Origin: Ophelia neglecta
Lineage: Eukaryota
DNA: 64,000 nt
Assembly: GCA_965285935.1 (NCBI GenBank)
Contig: OZ260661.1
Span: 81,964,001 to 82,028,000, forward strand
Direction of reading: 5' to 3'
Under the pieces are notes generated by a model. That model had not been told where the DNA came from, made no database searches, and saw only the letters and a list, made by a program, of their open reading frames with translations. The position numbers and the translations under genes were made by a program. Shown one piece after another: positions 50,961 to 64,000 of the stretch. Position 1 is the first letter of the stretch, and each line of letters begins with the position of its first letter.

Positions 50961-52655
50961 TGAAGGCCCAGTAGATGTATATTTGAATTTGGAGGCCATC
51001 ATTTTACGCGTATTCAAACCTCTTGAACATTTTCATCAACACTGTAAAAATTTAATATAAACTAATGCCACCGAAGTTGTGATTAAACTCTGTTCACAGA
51101 AATGTTATGGCTGTTTCAATTTCCAATACTGATCAATAATGTCTTGTTGGAACTAATTTCTTTAGTTTCTTTGTGGTGCCTTTTACTATATACAGTAAGG
51201 CAGAAGAGTGTAGTTGAATTTGATATTTCCAGCTGACCTACACTCGGGCAGAGAACAACTGTATTATGATATACTGAAATGTGTAAAAATCGATGGAATA
51301 AACAAAAATTAACAAAGCATGCCTTTAGTTGTTGATTTTACTGCTGAGTCAATCCACATTAAGTTTTGATAGTGATCATGTACTGTGGCCTATCATTTTA
51401 GTGATTACCAATTAGACTCTAGATCTAAATTTGTTTTATACTGCTCCCAAATAAATCTTTGCCAAATTAAAGATCTACATATGAGAGATATTCTAACTTT
51501 CACCACCAAAGGTTATACTTACTAGTTTTTTTAAACATTTGACCTAGTATGTATCAATTTAAGACTAATTGAATTTTTATCTATACTGATGAGAATGGCT
51601 TATGCCAAAATACTTAATTTGCTTTAATATAAGATCATTGTGTAGACCTAAGGGTTATGTGTGTGTCTTACTATGGAATAATCTGGCTGTTGTTGTATTC
51701 TAGAATAAACTAAATTTGTGTGGCTTCATGGCTATGGAGCATGCATATTCAAATGCACTTTATTTGAAATGAGAACAAAGATGCTTAAAAATGAATACCC
51801 TTGAAATAACATGGACCTTAAAATCAAATGTTGCCTGCTTTACAAAAATAAGGCAAATTGTACAGCAATTGGGAAGCAGATGAGATTGCAAGATATTTTA
51901 CTCAGCTGAGAAGAAAGTACCAGGTCAAATCAAAAATCATGATGAAGCTGACCTATTACATTGCAGTGAAGGATATCATAAATATGTCAGCATTAAAAAG
52001 TCATAAAATGTCAAGGGTGATAGAAAATAAAACAACACTTGAAATGTTTATATCTCAGTAGAAGGTTGCAGGCCAAAAACAAATAAAGAAGACAGCAAAA
52101 AAAATCTTTAAACTTTAATTCAAATACAATGTTAAAGGATCAAAGTGATAGTATACACTGCCTTTCAAATAAGGTAGTTTTACAAATGGTTTTACATATG
52201 GTAACTACATATGAACAACCGCCACCCCATCACCCCCTCCACCCCAACATCCCCACCCCACTTCTGCTTCTGACTATATCATGGCACAGAGAGAGAACAA
52301 AAAGTTTCATTTCTTCCCGGTAATTTTCCAGCAAAATTGGTGAAGGAAGGAATAGTTAACTGGTTAACAGGTTAAATTAAGGTTACCAATAACATTTAAA
52401 CCCTGATGCGTTTCCATATAGAAGTAAAATAACTCGTGATTGGGAATTCAGAAATGCCTTTATACCTCCATACGCCGTCATATGCGCGTACGAAGCTTTT
52501 CCTCAGTCGCTGTGTACAGCGCCGTGCAGAAAAATGCGTTTAGTTACCATAATGAACACGAGATGTCGCCTCCAAGAGTGTCGCTCACCGCATCATGTGA
52601 TATCTAAATCTAAACATTAGCAAAGGCTTGTGACCTGCCATAATTTTGAAGGAAA

Positions 52656-55600
52656 ATGCTGGACCTAGTGCCTATATTAGATGTCAACGAAGTAATTCTA
52701 CAAAATCAACAGAATGCAGGTAAAGCTCCTGCAAAGTCAAAATATTACCTTCCTAGCTGTCCCTTTTTTTATGCAGCTTTTAAATACTACACATGAGCGA
52801 TAAATGGGATCTTCAATGGTCCACCCCCTTTAGAGTAGTGCTATAAGATTTTTTTTTAAAGTTTGCATTATTAACGATCTGTTTCAGTATAAGCTTACGG
52901 ACTTATTTACTTCTTAAATAAACGTGTCGAATGTAAAAGTTAATTCACTAATTTGCGAAATTCTGTAAAGAGATACTTTGAAAAGTTTATTACTTTACTA
53001 TATTGTTGTTTTATGACATGCTTCAGACAGCAGCTCCCTCCACATCGTAGGACAAGAACAAGATGGGACGATTATTTATGCAATTGATGGTCCAAAGAAA
53101 GGTTCAAATGTACCGGTAAAGCCTTTATTGCTGTCATCTTTGGCAAACAACTGTGGCTTATTCTTTTTTTAACATTATTTATTTATACTTAATAGCTGTC
53201 GCCAGTCAATGGCGACACTTTGAATGAAAGGAGCCTTTTTAAGAAATTTTGAACCTAATTATAAGCAAACATATATTTTTTACAGTAACTAAACACCTAA
53301 TTGGTAATGTGTGTCTGTTGTCCTCTACCATGGTTGTAAATTACCTCATAAACTTTTTAATAATATTTGTGCCATTGTTGCAGAATGAAGAATTTGTCAC
53401 ATATATTGGAATTTTAGACCCCCAATACCCATCTACTACTAGCGTAAGTTATCTAATTTATTAATTTATTTCAATTTTCAAAGGTTTACTAGCTGTACAA
53501 ATAAATAAATAAACTGCTACCAGTTTGTAAATAGCATTAATATACACATTGTTTTGAAGGTTGGTTGCCATAAGAAATATATTTATATTTTCAGATTATT
53601 TTAACCCATGATAAAAAGGTCAATATTGTAAATGCAAGTATTGATCGAGATAGAATATTTGTTGGTGAGTATTTGCCTACACATGATTTAATATAATATT
53701 ATGATGCTTAATACTTCAGCAGTAAACAAGTTTCCTGAGTTTCTTATAAAACAATTTAAAAGTGTAAAATTATTGCAGGATTTGTGACAGTTGAGCAGAC
53801 CAGAATCACTGGGGTTCATGGCAAGAGGCAGCAACAAGGTATATTTTTTTGTTTAATGGCATGTAACACATGTAATTGATAAAATGTGCAGATTTCTTGG
53901 ATCTTACAGGGCCAAATCTTTTATCCAGCTTTAAGTCACTTTTGGCCTAACTATAATACTTGAGAGTATATTTAATCCATTCCTGTGTATATGAGGTTTT
54001 CAAGTAACACAATCCATCATTTTACAGATGTTTATAAAGCTTTCTTGGCAGAAATTAAACCACAGAACCGAACATTTTATCTTAACCTGGAGAGAGAATC
54101 CTATCTGAAGTTACAGTTTCTGTATGGTACAGCTAAAACACCTCTTAGTTCTTCCAGGGAGGCCCACATGCTGGTGTTTTTACACAAAGAATGTAGGTCA
54201 CATCTTTATTCTTATAGTATATTGGTCCCACATTGAGGAGGCCACTCATTTTTGTAACTGACCACTTTTTTTTCTTTGAATCTACTTGTCTAAAACCTGA
54301 AAGCGGTAATTGTGGAACACCTTTGGAACCTCTCTATTTTCTTTTTGTACAGAGGATGAGATAAGATTAAAAACCTCTCTCCCCATTGCCCCTGTAGATA
54401 TTCCCTGAGAACTGTTGTTATCCATGTGGAAAAAATCCCTTCCCACCTATTGGAAATAAACACCTTGATTTCATTGCAATTGATTAAGATACTTGTTTTT
54501 TTTAAGCCATTGGTTTATATCATCTTCAAGTGGAAAGTAAGGGAGAAAAAAATGCAGTAAGTATACCTGTTGTTATGATTAATTATTACTTAGGGTTTAT
54601 GCAAATCATAATGGTCAAAGAATGTTTTGAGAAAGATTAAATTAAATATGTGAGTGCTTAAATTACAGGTACATAAAATTACAAAAACAATGGGCACAAA
54701 ATAATGCACTTACACACAGACAATGCCAGCTGCTGTTTTCACCTATTTAACTCGAATGCCTTTTTTTTACTGTCCCTTTAGACAAATACTTTAAGCAGTG
54801 AGCCAAGAAAAGAACAAATTGTCCACAAAAAGTTTGTATGGAGCCAGTGGGATGCCTCCACTCAGTTACTGTTTGTGGTGTACTCCAGGAAGCGTGGGAG
54901 AGATTCTCAGGGACAAACCACTTACTCCCCAATACTAGTCTGTTACCAGTTCAGTGCATCCGCAACAGCTGCTTTGATGGTAAGTTCTTTTAACTTCAAC
55001 TTAATATTTTTAATTTTATGGCCCACTCACTGACCAAATCTGGTTTTAAGTAAGTGAGTAGTAAAGTGGTTTTCAGCATCAATCATGACATCACCAACAA
55101 TTTGTGTCATTTTCACTTTGTGAGATCATAAAAATCATCCATAAAAGTGGAAGTGAGATGATAAAAAGGCGCCTTTCCCAACAGAGTTCTGACCACTTTT
55201 GGAGATTTGGTCAGAGTGTTGCCTGAACCACTTAATAATTTGTTTACCAAATGCACTGGTAAGTGATCAGCAAATGAAATAATTGCAAGGAAAGGGAAAC
55301 TGTCAGAGCAAAATATCAATTCTGTCAAAATTCTGTCAAAATTTTTTAATAACTAGAAGCTTACCGCTGGCTTGCAAGACCCTTCTACACCTTCCTCCAT
55401 CAGAAAGTTTTGACCTAATTAGCATACATAGAACTTCATGACTCAAGTTGCAAGAGTGGCACCGTCAGGTTAATCATGGAGGGGGAGGGGGGGGGGCATG
55501 GGGGTAAAAGGCTGTAAAGAAAAATGGCCCATTTTAAACTTCTAAATATCAATTTATACAATTTATGTCTCAAGTAAAGTCAAGTAAAAGGTGACCAATT

Positions 55601-58600
55601 AGGCATACACTGTATCTTCTTTAAAAAATAACACTTTCAATTCATTGCCCTTATCCATATATAATTATATGATTTATGTTTTTATTTTAGTTTGAATATG
55701 TTCTTGATGTTCCCTTGTCACATTCCAAGACCTTAACAAGATGCCAGTATTTAGAAGAAGGTCCATTTCACAGCACACCAGGTATGGCAGGTTATGTATA
55801 TACTGTATGTTATCATGGCTCTATTTGTATGACTAAAACAATATACACATAGTTTGGGACTTCGGGGTGTCCCGTATCATGGATTAGTGACCCATTGTGT
55901 ACAAGCACATTTTCACTTAATGTAAAAAGGGACAGTATAACTGGTTTGATTTCGGCAAGCTCATCATATGCCCAACTCGACTGATACCTCAGTTCTATCG
56001 AGACTGACAGCAAGCTGTCACCTACTCCAAGAACCCAGAGCAGCAAATCTTCGTTGCATATTGAAGGCTTTGTCCAGACATTGGTTTAAACATATTTATT
56101 TTTTCTATGTTGGATCTTACAAAAGCCTATGGCTTAAAATCGGTAACATTGCAGGAACACTTTGCTTATCCCTGTGTGCCCTCTTGTTAAAATGTTGATA
56201 CCTGCTGCAACCTGTGGTTTACAAAGATTAATTAACCTTGAGTCCTTGCTACAGATGAAACTAAAACTCCTAAGCTAAATCTTTTTGTTCTCATTTTGTT
56301 TTCTCATCGTTTTTTATGCAAGGGAATCTACCACCATGTTGATGTTAACATTCAACATAAGTGATAAGCAGATGGCAGTGTACCGAATGAGCAACCATTA
56401 TGATAGCTCTTAACATTTTTGAGTGGTGGGACTTTCAGGGGGCATTTTCAAACCTATGTGGGCGAATGTAGATTTGTTATGGTTTAAAGTAGGTATATTT
56501 GTGATGAGTGGCAGTGCCTTGTGGGAATAAGTGACACCAGGCTATGTGAGCGGGGAAGGAATTTGCCACCTTAATAGCTGAACTTGGTCTCAGGTTGCCA
56601 ACCTTCTTACATGCTTATATACTACTCTAATGGCTCACAAAAATTAAGGGCCTGTGGGAAACTATTGTAGGAAGCTCTAAAATGCTAAATTAAAGGGAAG
56701 TGAAATAATGTTAAGGCTGCGAAATATAAGCGCATTACAATATCTCTTTTAACATGTTGCAGATCTGGGGTTCCTATATGCCCTATTGTTATTTACCGTC
56801 CAAAGTCATGGATTGTCGGCAATATTCTGATAGAAAAAATATGTGCTTACTTTTCTAGATATGTCCATCAATATGAGAGTGTTAACCTTAAATAATGGAG
56901 GTATAAATGTCTGCTTTCAAACAATGGCTTCAGAGGCTGATAAGGTAAATCAAATATTTAAATAAATTTCTTTATTTCAGGGTCCTAGATGCAATCCCCA
57001 ACCATCCCTTAAAGCATTATGTTTAAACTGTACACAATTAGCCATCTGTTTATCTTATTACACAGGTGACCACAAACACAGGTTTCACTATAAATAGATA
57101 TTTACTATTAAAGCCCTGCAGTGTCTGTCACATTACGCATAGTGCCAAAAAGTAACTAAAGTTTTGTTCTTTCTTAGTTAATTGTTGAAATATAGCAAAT
57201 AGGTTAAATGTTGTTTTACTTTATGAATAACATTATAGATTTATAGAAAGTTCCAGAAGCAGAGTCTGCAGATCTGACAATGCTATTCACATGCATAAGC
57301 AGTATGGTCATCTCCTCCTCTAAATTAACTACTGGAAGAGGCCATATTTAGTCAGGCTCCATTTTCTAAATGTTCAATTGCAGTTTTCTTTCCTATTGAA
57401 TTCTATATACAACTTTCAGAAGGACAGCGCGGCTGTGGTCATTCAATATTCTGTTCTAATGCTTCACCATGGCAAGTATCACTGCTGTCTTTATTATAGC
57501 AATAACAGAATATACAGTAGCATTTTTTACTTGAATGAAGTAAGCGGTAAAGCAATTCTTGGATACGTGCTTGTGCAATTATACAAGGAATTAAAATTCC
57601 GTTTGTTTTGATTCTTTTCTTTGCAGGTAAATCTTTAGTCTGCAGGTGTGCTCACCTTCCACTAAGTGTTGCACAAAAAGCTCGACTTCATTTCAACTGC
57701 ATAGGTAGCCGTCTTGTTTTCCTAATATATAAAAAAGTCTGGCAGTAACATCAAATCTTAAACAGTCTCAGGAATCCATCTTCAAGGGAGAGACAGCAGA
57801 TGGTCCAAATAAATATAAATAAATCATTTTGAGACACATTCTTGCAATGAAATTCCTTTTGTTTTCCAGGAGATTACATTCTGGTGTATTTGCCAGGATA
57901 CTTTACACATTTACTGAACGTAGGGGTCGAGTTTGAGCCATCCCACCATATTTGTTGGCATGGTACGGGTATATATTTTGCTCCGCATAGTGCATGGAAT
58001 TGCTTACCAGTTTGGTACAATATCAGAATATTCACACACTTGCTGTTCCTTTATCATTTTATTAAATGCTTAATTACTATGATATTTTATAGATCCCAGC
58101 TGGCCATTGAAATTCCCAGATAAATGTGTCCTGCATAATGATCATCATATAGTACCTGGCATTTTGGTTCCATATATATGTACCTCCGCAAAGATTGGCG
58201 ACAAAAAGTGTGCAAGTTAGTGATTACAAATATTTTATTCCAGAAATATAACCTAGACAAGCAGATCTCTTGTGTTATTATGCGTTAGAACTCCTTGTAA
58301 TTCCACAGCAGTGTACACTCCTTACCACCCAATAAAATGATCTGATGTATAATGTATTTCAGATGTATATGAGCCTTCCACGGGAGTGGCGTATAGTCTT
58401 AGTGTCAGTGACCAAGCAATCTGTGATATTCTCACCTGCAGCGTAGAGCTGTCAGTCAGGCTGTCCTTGTTTCACTATGCCATTCTACATGCCAGAGACT
58501 TAGTTTTGACTCAACGAGTGAGCACACTTTTCAAATTGTAAAGAAATGTCTTAACCCTTATGCAATGTTTTTCTGTACTTTTTGCTTGTCAGTGTCAGTT

Positions 58601-61600
58601 TCTCGTATTTTTTTGCAGTTATTTAGAATCGTGTGTGATGACACAACAAATCCAGATTTGCCAAATATACTTCAAGAAATCCTTATAGGTACAGTATATT
58701 AGTCAAACTTTTTTTAACACTTAATTAGATGTTAGTGTCTAATGAAACATGGAAATAATTTTTCAGTTTTTCATCAATATGGCCATGCTAATATTATTGC
58801 CCAATTGGATGGGTGGGGGGCAGGGGAATGCTGACAGGAGATAGGGTGTTTGAAGGCCGGGGATACTTAGGGGGGGGGATGTTTTAGGTGGAGGAATGGA
58901 AGAGTTTGAGGGTTCAAATATGCCCAAATCAAATATCATAGAATTGTGAGTGATGAACTTTTGTATTATCCTTATACCTTATGTTCTGTTTCATCTTTTT
59001 CAGCCTTGACATTTGCTCAAACAAGGAGAGTGGTTGATGTTCATATACTTCATTGTCTTCCCTTTACATGTGTTCAGACATTCCGAGGACAAGTTGTCCA
59101 TGTAAGTATTATTAAGACCATTAGAAAATAGTGAAATATTTCTGAGGTACAGCCCAACCTACCTCATACCTACCTCATTTCTTTGTATTGTTCTTTCAAT
59201 AAATAAGAAAGGCCCTCTTGTCTAAGCTTCCCTTTTTAATAGTGAACAAAAAAAGATTGATATAGGGAATTGTAGTACACCCCCCACCCCCATGCCAATT
59301 TTGACAAAAATGTGAGAAGTCCAAAGAACTCATAAAGGGGAAATAAAAAAGACCCTTCCTCACTCCCTTTTACTAACAACATGCCTGAAAATATCAAGTT
59401 ACTAAAAAAATAACCAACTTGCTGAAAAACAAAAGATAGGATTAAAAAATGCCCCCTTGCATGCCGTAAGATGACCACCAGAAACACTTTTGTATAATAA
59501 CTTTGTGTCCTTAATGGTTGTCTTTTTCAGGCAGCTAACAGAGTAAGATTATTTAGTATATCATACTCAAACCCCAGTTTGTCTAGCTTCTGTGACAAGC
59601 GTGACCCTGACAGCCCTTCGCAGCGGTTCTGGGACAATCTCGTCTACAACGTGAAGAATTGTGGTTCTCTAGCAAGGTTCCGCTGTCAATCTGTCAAACA
59701 AGAAATGGATCAAATTTTTCTTTTAAAGGTTAGCTAGTTAATATTTCAAAACCTATTGCTACCTGTTTTATTATCAAAGCCAGTGCTTACATATTTAAAT
59801 CCGTAGTGAGATATAACGATACATACATATGTACTAAAAGTGTTAACTTATGATGGCTGATATCTACAGTTTACTTTTTCCACGCATTAAGAATCACAAG
59901 TTGGACAAGGATCAAAATATCTCACTTTTCAGAAGACTAGAAGCTGCTGCCAAAAGGTGATTTCTCAAAGTTTGTTAGAATTAGAGATGCATTCTATGAT
60001 TACTGCCCCCAACCCCTTACCTACCCCTTTATATTTAGATTAAAAAACATTTAGATTGGGTTCTTTATTGTAATAATTATTCAGGATGTATAAAATGATC
60101 AGTATTCCATATTTTTGTGCATAGCAAAACTTATTTTCACTTGTACTTACAAATTGCACTGTTTGGTCTGTAGTGTGTTTTCAAATCATGGGAATACAAA
60201 ACCGAAGGAAGTTGTAGTAAAGAAGGAGGGGGTAACTCCTGTCTCGGTACCATTATCAGCATCCTCCAGCCGAGCTCATTCTAAAGCTGAGCAGATGTTA
60301 GGCAGCATTCCTCCATTTCTCTCCAGATCTGGAGAGGAACACCAAATATCTGGCTCCCTCGCACTTGTACTGCAAAAGGTAAATTATTTGAAAATTAGGC
60401 CTATTTATTGCAAAAGATCCAAAATTTACTATTTGTATTCATATACATAGTGAGTACAATGAAACCTGTCTAATCAGGTCAGTCAAGGGACTGGAAAAAA
60501 CTGACCACATTACACAGGTGACCTTAATAGGCAGGTCGGCATTAATTGGGATCAGACAATTATTTAGTGACTTAAGTGGGCAGGTGACCTTGTTACACAG
60601 GTGACCACAAGCCCAGGTTTCACTGTATTTCTTTTTCCAATTTGATCTTGGAAGAATATACAAGTAATGCTAACAGTTTATAAACTAACATAAATTATGT
60701 TCCACAGACCATGGAGATGCTATCAAATCACTTGGTCAAACAGACAAAGAAAGAATCTAGAAGCAGAATAAAGCATGCTGCAGAGGAGTTTGTGAGGAAC
60801 CAGGTACCCTTTTGTTTAAGAATCATTTGTTGAAGAACCCATACTTTTATCAATGATAACATTGGTATGCCTGTTACATGTTACTTGTTAACAAAGTCTT
60901 TAGATGTCTATGCCCCCCCCCCCATCTATTAAATTGGATAGGTGCTTCAGCAAAAGTTGAAGCAAGGTTGAGCTTAACAATTGTAAATGAGACTGACTGC
61001 ATAACCTTCATGTTTTGTAGTTGATTTAATGAAATATGTTTTCTTACAGATACTACAGTGTCGTACATTGTGCCATCTCATCTGGAGTATTTTAGGATCT
61101 GAAGAAATTGAATTTGTCCCATTGTAAGTTTTCCCTTATAATCCAGGGGTTCAATAGATATACAGTAAAACCTGGCCTAAAGGACGCCTGACAATTAGGG
61201 ACACACTGACTATTAAGGACATTGCTTTTAGTACAGTTGTAATACTTTGCATGTAAAGTAACCTGTGAAATAAGGACAACTGAGAAAAGAGGACAGATTT
61301 CCTTGTCCCTTGGCTGTCCCTAATTGTCAGGTTTCACTGTACTTAAAATTGATAAAAGTAAGTTTTGTCTTATCATTCCAGTTATTCAATAGATATACAG
61401 CTTTATGTTGGCTACTTTCCTTTCTAAAGAGTGTATGTACATTGAACTTTCAAAGAGCCTAAACCATGCTTGAATTTTCCCAAAAAAATTAATCCTTTGA
61501 TAGTTTATTACCTGGCCTTTTTTCTAGAAATGTACCAGTGAGTGGCCAGGAGCTGGTCCTGTTCAGTCTGTTTGAGCGGTTCCACGTGGCCACAGAAGTG

Positions 61601-64000
61601 TTGGCCTTTCCACAGCCCCCTGGATTTAAGTTTTATTTTGCTACCTTGTCATTCAGATGTTTAGATTTGAGGTAAGTCCACTAGCATGAAACCTTACACA
61701 ATAACTATTATGTTATGATAGAGTGTTATGATATTATTTCAGTATTAAAAAAGTAAACTTAATCTTCATATTTCTCACACAGGTGAAGATGTTATTCTTC
61801 AGATTACTGACTGACAGTCATATTTCTATATTCCAAACTTATACGCTCCAAATATCATTGAAGGGTTTTATATTGAAAGAGTATGAATTATCAATATGCT
61901 TGCTACACTGGGAAATTGTTTACCTTTTTACAATTTTTTTTTTCAGGGACTTTATTCAGTACATTGATAGGGGAGTTATTCACATGTCTATTGAACTGGC
62001 TACACAGATGCTTGAAGGTAATGTAGTCACACATGCTTTTACCATTTTTTAAATTTTTATTGTGCACTTTGCTGTTCTTACCCTCTTGTAACAAGGCAGA
62101 CCGCAGATTCAGTTTCTTATATATTTGGATTTTCAGATCTTGACGACTCTCCACTTAATGTGGAGGCTAAACTACAAATTATATCAAGACTTTCGAGAGT
62201 AAGTAGTGCAGATGGAACAATATCTTTTAAATGATCTCATTCTGATAGTTTATAGTTGAATATTTTTAGGTGTAGAGGAGTCTAGTATTATAATTTATAG
62301 TAATGTTCAAATAGGACTTAAGAATGGTACTTTTACAGGTTGAAGCAATTGATTGTCTACAGCATTGGGACCATCCAATCAGTCTCAAGTTTCTGGGCTC
62401 GAAGTATACTACTACCTGTATCACTGATGGTATGTAAACACATTATGATACATGGACAAACATGTGGTGGCTGAACTTCCATTAAGACTAAGGCTTGGGA
62501 ACATAACTATTTCATTATTTGCACCCTTTTCATTTAGGCGGTGAATATCAAGATTGATTCCTATGTCTAGCCATCAATCTCTAAGTAGTTCAATGTGGAA
62601 ATTTGTGTGATTGAACAATGTATTCATTTTCTGTGCAGTAGGAACCAACACAGACGGTTTCCAAAGTATTCTATCATATATGCTCATTATCACACCTTAT
62701 AGAATAATTATGCTCTGAGCCTTTGATTTCTATTCTGTAGTAGTGACTAATCATGTATGTACATGTAGTCGACACCACTTAATGTTCCATATTGTAACTG
62801 ATAGACGCTCATACGTGTACCACAGTTAATGATTTGTTAATAATATATATTTTATGTTTGCAGACTCGTCTGTTGGATGGGAGATATTTCCTACTCCCCC
62901 ACACTTGCTCACTGGAGATACAAGTGAGGAGAATAATTTAAAACTTGATGTCATTTATTTACTGCCTAGTATCATTACTATTTTGTTAGTATGGGTGGAT
63001 GTTTGATGAAATCCTGTATTCCTGTATTTGTTCACCAGGGAGCACCACTAGTAGTGAGCAGAGGTCCTTGTCAGCCAATGTCTTCCCACCTGTCAAAACC
63101 CTTATCAGACTGCTAGAGGAGCAAGGTCAGTTATTGAATAACCTTTTAATACTAAGTTAATGATATATTTTACACCAATCAATGGCTTTAGTAATTGAAC
63201 CCGACCCTCCATTTACCTTATGTGGTAATTTCATCCTGTTTCCACCATACAGACATTTGTACATTTCTGTCTTTTTTCCAAACATATTTTAGAAACATAG
63301 AGTGGAAAGTTATAAATTTTCAGGGTTGTAATAGAGTCCCAATCAAGTACATGACAACTTCAAACAAGAGAGTGTAGACATTGTCAAGAGTTTTGCTTAG
63401 TGTCCTCTAGGTCATAAAAATCTTAACCCAGATTTGTGATTGGCCCAAAGTATGTGCCTACATGTTTACTGTCACAGTGAATATCTTTTTAAGGGATTAA
63501 ATTTGCAGTTTTGCAAAAAATTACATTCTGTTTGTTTTTAATTTTGTGGCTAGGGTGGTGTAGGTTATATATATATACATGTGAATATGATATTCGTGAG
63601 TTTTAATTTTGAGACTTTTTTGTGAAATTTAACTGATGCAAATATTTTTATCATTGCAGTATAAGAGGTTCCATTGTTTAGTGCATGTTAGATGTATCTT
63701 ATGCAAATAGTGCATCTTTCATGCACAAACTAATTATAAATGATAACTAACACTATTTTATGTTAGAGCCAAGTGCCGCCATGGCTTTTGTTGAATAAAT
63801 TCAAATTAGATTAAAACTTCATCATGCAGTTGTTTAATTTGGTTGTAGATGATGTTTGTGGGAAGCAAGTTTCATATTTTAGCTTAAATTGCTGTTTGTA
63901 CTGATATGAAAGTTTCTTTTACAAGAAATGCCTATATATACTGATTAATTGCAAATGCTAACCGATTTTCATGACAATTCCACTTTTGTTTTAGGGGTCA
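52656..64000 (+). CDS. GSAP: Gamma-secretase-activating protein (GSAP/pigeon) homologue, 3' end beyond the window
   Basis: Exons 52656-52719, 53027-53115, 53384-53443, 53595-53664, 53779-53838, 54028-54192, 54507-54556, 54782-54979, 55691-55781 (or 55790), 56859-56944, 57420-57471, 57627-57704, 57870-57962, 58093-58215, 58363-58517, 58619-58688, 59004-59101, 59531-59728, 59892-59956, 60174-60378, 60708-60803, 61050-61123, 61528-61671, 61947-62017, 62137-62198, 62339-62429, 62864-62923, 63039-63125, probable next exon from 63995. GSAP-like motifs IVGQEQDGTIIY, AEIKPQN, FVWSQWD, VYLPGYFTHLLNV, FPQPPGF, QYIDRGV, DLDD...KLQIISRL, WDHPIS, FPP. Confidence 0.9.
57472..57626 (+). other. Non-canonical GC-AG intron in GSAP
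   Basis: CATG|GCAAGT donor gives the phase-1 join YSVLMLHH-G-KSLVC; the downstream GT donor at 57540 gives an immediate stop. Confidence 0.85.
60457..60625. mobile_element. TA-flanked Tc1/mariner-pogo-type MITE
   Basis: TA|CAATGAAACCTG ... CAGGTTTCACTG|TA with internal CAGGTGACC repeats; a 3'-end fragment of the same family lies at about 57056-57091. Confidence 0.85.
61163..61339. mobile_element. TA-flanked Tc1/mariner-pogo-type MITE (second subfamily)
   Basis: TA|CAGTAAAACCTG ... CAGGTTTCACTG|TA; internal inverted CCTGACAATTAGGGAC / GTCCCTAATTGTCAGG and repeated AGGACA. Confidence 0.85.
63468..63661. mobile_element. Degenerate TA-flanked MITE in a GSAP intron
   Basis: TACTGT start and TGCAGTA end; shares blocks with 50869-50960. 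Confidence 0.45.

Noticed and set aside
55813-56230. Possible transposase or RT relic or nested gene in the long GSAP intron
   Set aside because: Short ORFs on both strands show no recognisable motif; cannot be supported without a database search.
56763-56830. Upstream acceptor extending a GSAP exon
   Set aside because: Leads to an in-frame TGA; the acceptor at 56858 works.
59933-59956. 24-nt GSAP micro-exon after TTTTCAG
   Set aside because: Wrong phase for the next exon; the AAG acceptor giving 59892-59956 restores the frame.

Overview
AT-rich, intron-rich eukaryotic genomic DNA from an invertebrate animal, probably a lophotrochozoan such as a mollusc (inferred from repeat types and gene structure, not proven). 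I rebuilt five spliced genes by hand from splice signals and reading-frame phase. (1) An SR-protein kinase (SRPK, +, about 1146/2065-14641) with a U12-type minor intron and a candidate alternative first exon behind an RFX/NF-Y-like promoter. (2) An unrecognised 14-exon gene (+, 17959-27855, about 1380 aa) with alternating basic and acidic blocks. (3) A SEFIR-domain IL-17 receptor (IL17RD-like, -, 41891-34013, about 916 aa). (4) Head-to-head with it, an ARHGEF3/NET1-type RhoGEF (+, 43535-50251, about 551 aa). (5) A GSAP/pigeon homologue (+, from 52656, running off the window end) with a GC-AG intron. The most unusual non-coding structure lies between the convergent 3' ends of genes 2 and 3. It is a 3.25-kb TTAA-flanked non-autonomous DNA element with 25-bp perfect TIRs, a 268-bp near-perfect internal inverted repeat, six exact dispersed copies of a 14-mer in mixed orientation, and a nested Helentron/HINE. 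Many small MITE and fold-back remnants sit in introns. No rRNA, tRNA or CRISPR features were found.
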